Below are positions 59,890 through 64,000 of a stretch of 64,000 bases of DNA, one piece after another. The DNA is from a bacterium (lineage in GTDB: Bacteria > Synergistota > GBS-1). Every line of letters begins with the position of its first letter. The first letter of the stretch is position 1. Where the stretch lies: assembly GCA_030153785.1 (NCBI GenBank), contig JASKLF010000003.1, forward strand, positions 93,645 to 157,644, in the 5' to 3' direction. Under the pieces are notes generated by a model. It was not told where the DNA came from and ran no database searches. It saw nothing but the letters and a program-made list of their open reading frames with translations. A program made the translations under genes and the position numbers.

Positions 59890-59961
59890 GACTTTATCGT
59901 AAATAATTATACTATTAAGAAGGGCATTTTTTCTACCCCTTCACAAAAAATTTTTTAAGTT

Positions 59962-61203
59962 TTATTCTCTAACAAATCTTTTCGCTTTACCAGGCGATCT
60001 CTCAAGGCTACCCGGTGGTAGCAAAGTAATATCTACTGTCACTCCGAGTTTATCCTTCAAGGTCTTAGAAACCCTCGCCGTAAGCTCGCCTACATCCCCA
60101 CTAAAACCATTGGAAAGCTCACATCTAATTTCAAGTCTCTTTAAATGTTTTCTTTCTCCAACCACAAGCTGGTAGTTCAAGCTTAGCTCTCTAAATGTGC
60201 CTAATATCGACTCTATCTGCTGTGGGAAAACATTAACACCTCGGATTATAAGCATGTCATCGGTCCTTCCCTTTACTCTTTCCATCTTTAGTCCAGAAAG
60301 CCCACAAGCGCATTCATCGCGGAATAATCTCGTTATGTCTCTCGTCCTATACCTTATCATGGGAGTTGCTTCCCTATTAAGCGTAGTTATAACAAGCTCT
60401 CCTTCCTCCCCTAAGGGAAGGGGTTTTAAGGTGTGTGGGTCAATAATTTCCATTATGAAGTAATCCTCCCTTATATGCAATCCGTTTTTACAAGGACACT
60501 CAATAGCAACCCCTGGCCCCCATATTTCACTTAAACCATAGCAATCAAGCGCAATTATTCCCAAGCCCCTCTCTATCTGAGCTCTCATCTCTTCGCTCCA
60601 GGGCTCCCCGCCAAATATTCCTAAGCGAAGCTTAAGTTTATCCGGAGATATTCCTTTTTCAGCCAAAACTTCGGCAAGATAAAGGGCGTAACTGGGAGTG
60701 CAAGTGAGAGCGGTAGTTCCCAAATCCAGCATGAGCTCTATCTGTCTTTCAGTATGACCTCCAGAGGCCGGAATTATACAGCAACCGATACGCTCAGCTC
60801 CATAGTGATAACCGAAAGAACCTGTAAAAAGACCGTAATTATAAGATATCTGAAATATGTCCTCCTTCTTCAAGCCCGCTATCTGAAGACACCAAGCCAT
60901 AAGCTCGGCCCATTTATCTAAATCACCATGGGTATAGCTTACAACAGTAGGTTTTCCGGTAGTTCCCGAAGAACAATGGATTCTAACTACATCATCGAGG
61001 TCAACCGCCGTTACTCTCCATGGATACCCCTTTCTCAAATCATCCTTCGTCATGAAAGGAAGATATTTAATATCATCAAGGCTCTGAATATCTTCAGGTT
61101 TAATCCCAGCCTCGTTCATCTTCTCCCTATACCAGGGATAACCATTATAAGCCTTTCTGAGACTTTCCTTAAAGGCATTAAACCGATTATTAGGATCAAC
61201 CAT
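59962..61203 (-). CDS. paaK: Phenylacetate-CoA ligase family (arylacetate-CoA ligase)
   Basis: LPFMTKDDLR, SSGTTGKP, YGLFTG, YGLSE, RYRTRD, GRTDDMLIIRGVNVFP, GKAKR. Confidence 0.92.
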   Translation of the reverse strand: MVDPNNRFNAFKESLRKAYNGYPWYREKMNEAGIKPEDIQSLDDIKYLPFMTKDDLRKGYPWRVTAVDLDDVVRIHCSSGTTGKPTVVSYTHGDLDKWAELMAWCLQIAGLKKEDIFQISYNYGLFTGSFGYHYGAERIGCCIIPASGGHTERQIELMLDLGTTALTCTPSYALYLAEVLAEKGISPDKLKLRLGIFGGEPWSEEMRAQIERGLGIIALDCYGLSEIWGPGVAIECPCKNGLHIREDYFIMEIIDPHTLKPLPLGEEGELVITTLNREATPMIRYRTRDITRLFRDECACGLSGLKMERVKGRTDDMLIIRGVNVFPQQIESILGTFRELSLNYQLVVGERKHLKRLEIRCELSNGFSGDVGELTARVSKTLKDKLGVTVDITLLPPGSLERSPGKAKRFVRE

Positions 61204-61228
61204 ATTTTAAAACCCCCTCTTCTCATAT

Positions 61229-61271
61229 AATTAAAGCCGGGGGCTCCACCCTTTGATGAAGCCCCCGGCTT
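61229..61271 (-). terminator. Attenuator terminator hairpin upstream of paaK
   Basis: AAGCCGGGGGCTTCA-TCAAAGGG-TGGAGCCCCCGGCTT-TAATT. Confidence 0.75.
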
Positions 61272-61308
61272 ATCTCGGCTTAATACGAAGCCAGCCTTAC
61301 CCGCCCTC

Positions 61309-61377
61309 TTAAGCCGGAGCCCCTTTATGCCTATAATAATAAAAATAATAGCGACCGCTTCCCTTTACCACCCACAT
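61309..61377 (-). CDS. Tyr/Phe-rich leader peptide MWVVKGSGRYYFYYYRHKGAPA
   Basis: 22-codon ORF between promoter and terminator with TAT TAT TTT TAT TAT TAT. Confidence 0.75.
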   Translation of the reverse strand: MWVVKGSGRYYFYYYRHKGAPA

Positions 61378-61387
61378 CTTAAACTAA

Positions 61388-61417
61388 ATTATATACTCAA
61401 AAAGAAAAATTTGTCAA
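61388..61417 (-). promoter_or_regulatory. Sigma-70/A promoter for leader-paaK
   Basis: Consensus TTGACA-N18-TATAAT. Confidence 0.85.
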
Positions 61418-61429
61418 CGGAAGGAAAGG

Positions 61430-62188
61430 CTAAAAGAACATTCTAACCAATAGAAAACCAACGGAGGGGATCAGCAAACAACCCAACCCAGTGTAGAAAG
61501 TAGCAGTCATTGCACCATAGGGAACAAGCTTAGGATCTGTGGCAGCTAACCCGCCAGCTACGCCACTGGTCGTTCCCATTATTCCTCCATAAACCATTGC
61601 CGCAGTTGGATTATTTAGTCCGACTTTAGGAGCAACGAATGGAGTCAAAGTCATAGTAATAACAGATTTTACGACCCCAGCCGCTATGGAAAGAGCGATA
61701 ACCTCAGAACTTGCGCCTATAGCCGAACCTGTAACAGGTCCAACTATGAAAGTGCAAGCTCCACCTCCTATGGTTGTTATAGAGACAGCATCTCTATAGC
61801 CAAGCAGAATAGCAAAGAGGCATCCAATGAAAAAGGAAAAAAATATGCCTACAAACAAGGATATCGTTCCCACTAAGCCAGCCTTCTTAAGATTTTCCCA
61901 TTTAGCTCCATAAGCTGTGGAGATAATAGCATAATCTCTAAGCATAGAACCACCTAAAAGGGCCATCCCAGAAAAGAGCGGGACATCAGCTATTCCCTTT
62001 TTCCCGCCCGTATAAACACCTCCAATGTAAGCTAAAATCAGACCAAATATTATAGCAAGGGAAGATCTCATTCTCTCCTGTTTTATTAAATCTGCACACT
62101 TTCTCGCCAAAAACATCATAATTGCCACAACCACAAAAGCCGTAACCAAATTGTTTTTGATTAATATCTTAACCAATATCTCCAGCAT
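61430..62188 (-). CDS. madM: Malonate transporter subunit MadM
   Basis: GGKKGIADVPLFSG, GGSMLRDYAI, GPVTG, GTTSGV, VPYGAMTATFYTGLGCL; ATG 62188 behind GGAGGG. Confidence 0.92.
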   Translation of the reverse strand: MLEILVKILIKNNLVTAFVVVAIMMFLARKCADLIKQERMRSSLAIIFGLILAYIGGVYTGGKKGIADVPLFSGMALLGGSMLRDYAIISTAYGAKWENLKKAGLVGTISLFVGIFFSFFIGCLFAILLGYRDAVSITTIGGGACTFIVGPVTGSAIGASSEVIALSIAAGVVKSVITMTLTPFVAPKVGLNNPTAAMVYGGIMGTTSGVAGGLAATDPKLVPYGAMTATFYTGLGCLLIPSVGFLLVRMFF

Positions 62189-62213
62189 CCTTTTCCCTCC
62201 TCTCCGAGATAAA

Positions 62214-62576
62214 CTACTTCCCCTTACCCATCTTTGCAATAAGAGGAACTAAGAAAAAGGACAAAAGAGTTGCTCCTCCTCCCGCTAAAAGGGCGGTTAA
62301 ACCACCTTTCACTGCTGCAACCACATTTTGTATGGAAGCCATAGCAACTACTACAGGAATATACATGGCAGATACGAACTCTATCCCCCTACCAACACGC
62401 TCGGGCAATGGCTTTCCCTTTAACTCGAGATAGTTGGTTAGAAAAACCAGAAACAACATAGCAAATCCAACCCCACCTACATTGCTATTTAACCCAATCA
62501 ACCTTCCTAACAAGTTACCCACGAAAAGTCCAAGTATCATACAGCCTCCCAAGATACCTAAACCGAATATTTCCAT
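62214..62576 (-). CDS. madL: Malonate transporter subunit MadL
   Basis: NVGGVGFAML and AMYIPVVVAMASIQNV. Confidence 0.92.
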   Translation of the reverse strand: MEIFGLGILGGCMILGLFVGNLLGRLIGLNSNVGGVGFAMLFLVFLTNYLELKGKPLPERVGRGIEFVSAMYIPVVVAMASIQNVVAAVKGGLTALLAGGGATLLSFFLVPLIAKMGKGK

Positions 62577-62594
62577 AATTCATCACCCTCCCTT

Positions 62595-62622
62595 AAAAAA
62601 ATGAGGCGGGGAACCCCGCCTC
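62595..62622 (-). terminator. Intrinsic terminator between CoA-transferase and madL
   Basis: GAGGCGGG-GTTC-CCCGCCTC-ATTTTTTT. Confidence 0.8.
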
Positions 62623-62633
62623 CCCTTAAACGT

Positions 62634-63872
62634 TTATTTGATTACTCCTTTATTGCGCAAGGAAGAGATCTTCTGTTCTCCCAAGTTAAGCAGGCTTCTT
62701 AAAATCTCCTCAGAGTGTTCCCCTAAAAAGGGAGCCCGTTCTCTGACCTCTCCCGGCGTTTCAGAGAGCCTAAAGGGCGAACCAACCATCTTTATCGTGC
62801 CAACCTTGGGCTGTTCTACTTCTACAAACATCTTTCTATAATTTATGACAGGGTCTGAAACCACCTTATCAACCGTATTAACGGGAGAATAGGGAACCCC
62901 ATATTTATCAAATATCTCAAACCACTCCTTTGCTTTCCTCTTCCTTATCTCCGTCTGAAGTATCGGTATAAGTTCAGCTCTGTTTTGTGTTCTTAAAGGA
63001 TTGGTTTTAAAGCGAGGATCATCAATAAGATCGGGTCTACCAATGGCATTACAGAACTTGGCCCAAAGGCTATCATTTCCAACGGGAATGACAATCCATT
63101 CATCTGCAGCCTCGAAAGCTTGGAAAGGTGTGATAGTTGGATGAGCAGTTCCCAAGGGTTTTGGAATCTCCCCTGCCAAAGTGTATCTTACTATCGCGTT
63201 CTCCAAAATATAGACCAACCCATCAACCATGGAAATATCTATTCGTTGTCCCTGCCCCGTTCTCTCCCTATACCACAACGCCGCTAAAATGGCTATGGCA
63301 GCCTGATGCCCTGCCACGATATCTCCAACAGAGGTTCCTACCCTACAAGGTGGGCCACCTTCAGGTCCCGTGATACTCATCAATCCACTATAAGCCTGTG
63401 CTACCATATCGTATGCAGGTTTACCCTGGGCTTCCGGTGGAACATCGTGCCCAAATCCCGAAATGGAACAGTATATTATATCAGGCTTAATCTCCTTTAA
63501 CTTCTCGTAGGAAAACCCTAACTTCTCCATAGTGCCGGGTTTATAATTTTCTACCACAACATCGGATACGGCTATAAGCTTTCTCAGGATCTCTTTACCT
63601 TCCTCGGTCTTAAGATTTAAACAAATGCTCTTTTTGTTTCTGTTTATACTGATGAAATAGCCACTTTGCATGTTACCATCGGAGTCTTTTACGAAAGGAC
63701 CAAACTGACGAGAGTCATCTCCACTTGGAGGTTCAACCTTTACCACCTCTGCGCCCAAATCCGCTAATATCATTGTGCAAAATGGACCAGCCAAAACATG
63801 GGTGAGATCAAGAACCCTGATATTTTCTAATGCCCTCCTCATCACTCCCATTCCTCCTTTCCCATCTTTCAT
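62634..63872 (-). CDS. CoA-transferase family III (CaiB/BaiF)
   Basis: RVLDLTHVLAGP, LGAEVVKVE, NRNKKS, ENYKPG, AYD..QAYSGLM, VGD; start uncertain. Confidence 0.95.
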   Translation of the reverse strand: MKDGKGGMGVMRRALENIRVLDLTHVLAGPFCTMILADLGAEVVKVEPPSGDDSRQFGPFVKDSDGNMQSGYFISINRNKKSICLNLKTEEGKEILRKLIAVSDVVVENYKPGTMEKLGFSYEKLKEIKPDIIYCSISGFGHDVPPEAQGKPAYDMVAQAYSGLMSITGPEGGPPCRVGTSVGDIVAGHQAAIAILAALWYRERTGQGQRIDISMVDGLVYILENAIVRYTLAGEIPKPLGTAHPTITPFQAFEAADEWIVIPVGNDSLWAKFCNAIGRPDLIDDPRFKTNPLRTQNRAELIPILQTEIRKRKAKEWFEIFDKYGVPYSPVNTVDKVVSDPVINYRKMFVEVEQPKVGTIKMVGSPFRLSETPGEVRERAPFLGEHSEEILRSLLNLGEQKISSLRNKGVIK

Positions 63873-63876
63873 CTTT

Positions 63877-64000
63877 TCATCCTCCCAACACAGCGAGCAT
63901 TACGCCCGCTGCAACAGCCGTTCCTATTACTCCCGCTACATTGGGCCCCATAGCATGCATCAATACAAAGTTACTTGGGTTCTCCTTTTGAACCACCCTC
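63877..64000 (-). CDS. Na+-translocating decarboxylase beta subunit (OadB/GcdB/MmdB/MadB family), C-terminal fragment
   Basis: Not in ORF track. Hand translation [40 protein letters not shown] contains the [12 protein letters not shown] signature. Confidence 0.93.
   Translation of the reverse strand, partial: RVVQKENPSNFVLMHAMGPNVAGVIGTAVAAGVMLAVLGG

Noticed and set aside
61235..61256. AAAGGGTGGAGCC resembles a T-box sequence
   Set aside because: It lacks the UGGNACC bulge (reads UGGAGCC), lies in the terminator loop and 3' arm, and no stem I or specifier loop is evident; the leader-peptide model fits better
61230..61325. GC-rich structured region as SRP RNA, 6S RNA or tRNA
   Set aside because: No SRP domain IV motif, cloverleaf or 6S-like central bubble seen; explained by attenuator stems

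Overview
A 64 kb gene-dense bacterial window in which essentially every real gene is on the minus strand. ADP-heptose and Lpt genes point to a diderm envelope, while the FliW/CsrA/YvyF flagellar block and mre/min block are Firmicute-like. Lys/Glu-rich proteins and Fe-S, Na+-pump and nickel-pincer genes suggest a thermophilic anaerobe (inference; lineage not assignable by eye). The left three quarters is mostly core genome: pyrH-tsf-rpsB, gmhA-hldE-hldD, the flgM..fliW-csrA-fliC block, metK, lptB, frameshifted prfB, an sbcD-sbcC-nurA-herA operon, rng, rodA-minCDE-mrdA-mreBCD, rel, apt, recJ and comEA/EC. The right quarter (about 44.7-64 kb) is accessory metabolism and holds the main candidates for novelty. 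(1) A probably IclR-controlled operon couples the lower meta-cleavage trio (hydratase, DmpF, DmpG; no dioxygenase) and a BenE transporter to a NadC-like phosphoribosyltransferase, a MoCF/CinA-N-type protein, two divergent LarA-superfamily proteins, LarB/LarC and a metal-less M24-fold hydrolase. (2) An unannotated 22-codon leader peptide with YYFYYY plus an attenuator lies upstream of a phenylacetate-CoA ligase. (3) A Na+-decarboxylase beta subunit, a family III CoA-transferase and madLM form a small module. No rRNA, tRNA, CRISPR array or mobile element was seen. All assignments come from motif recognition by eye, without database searches.
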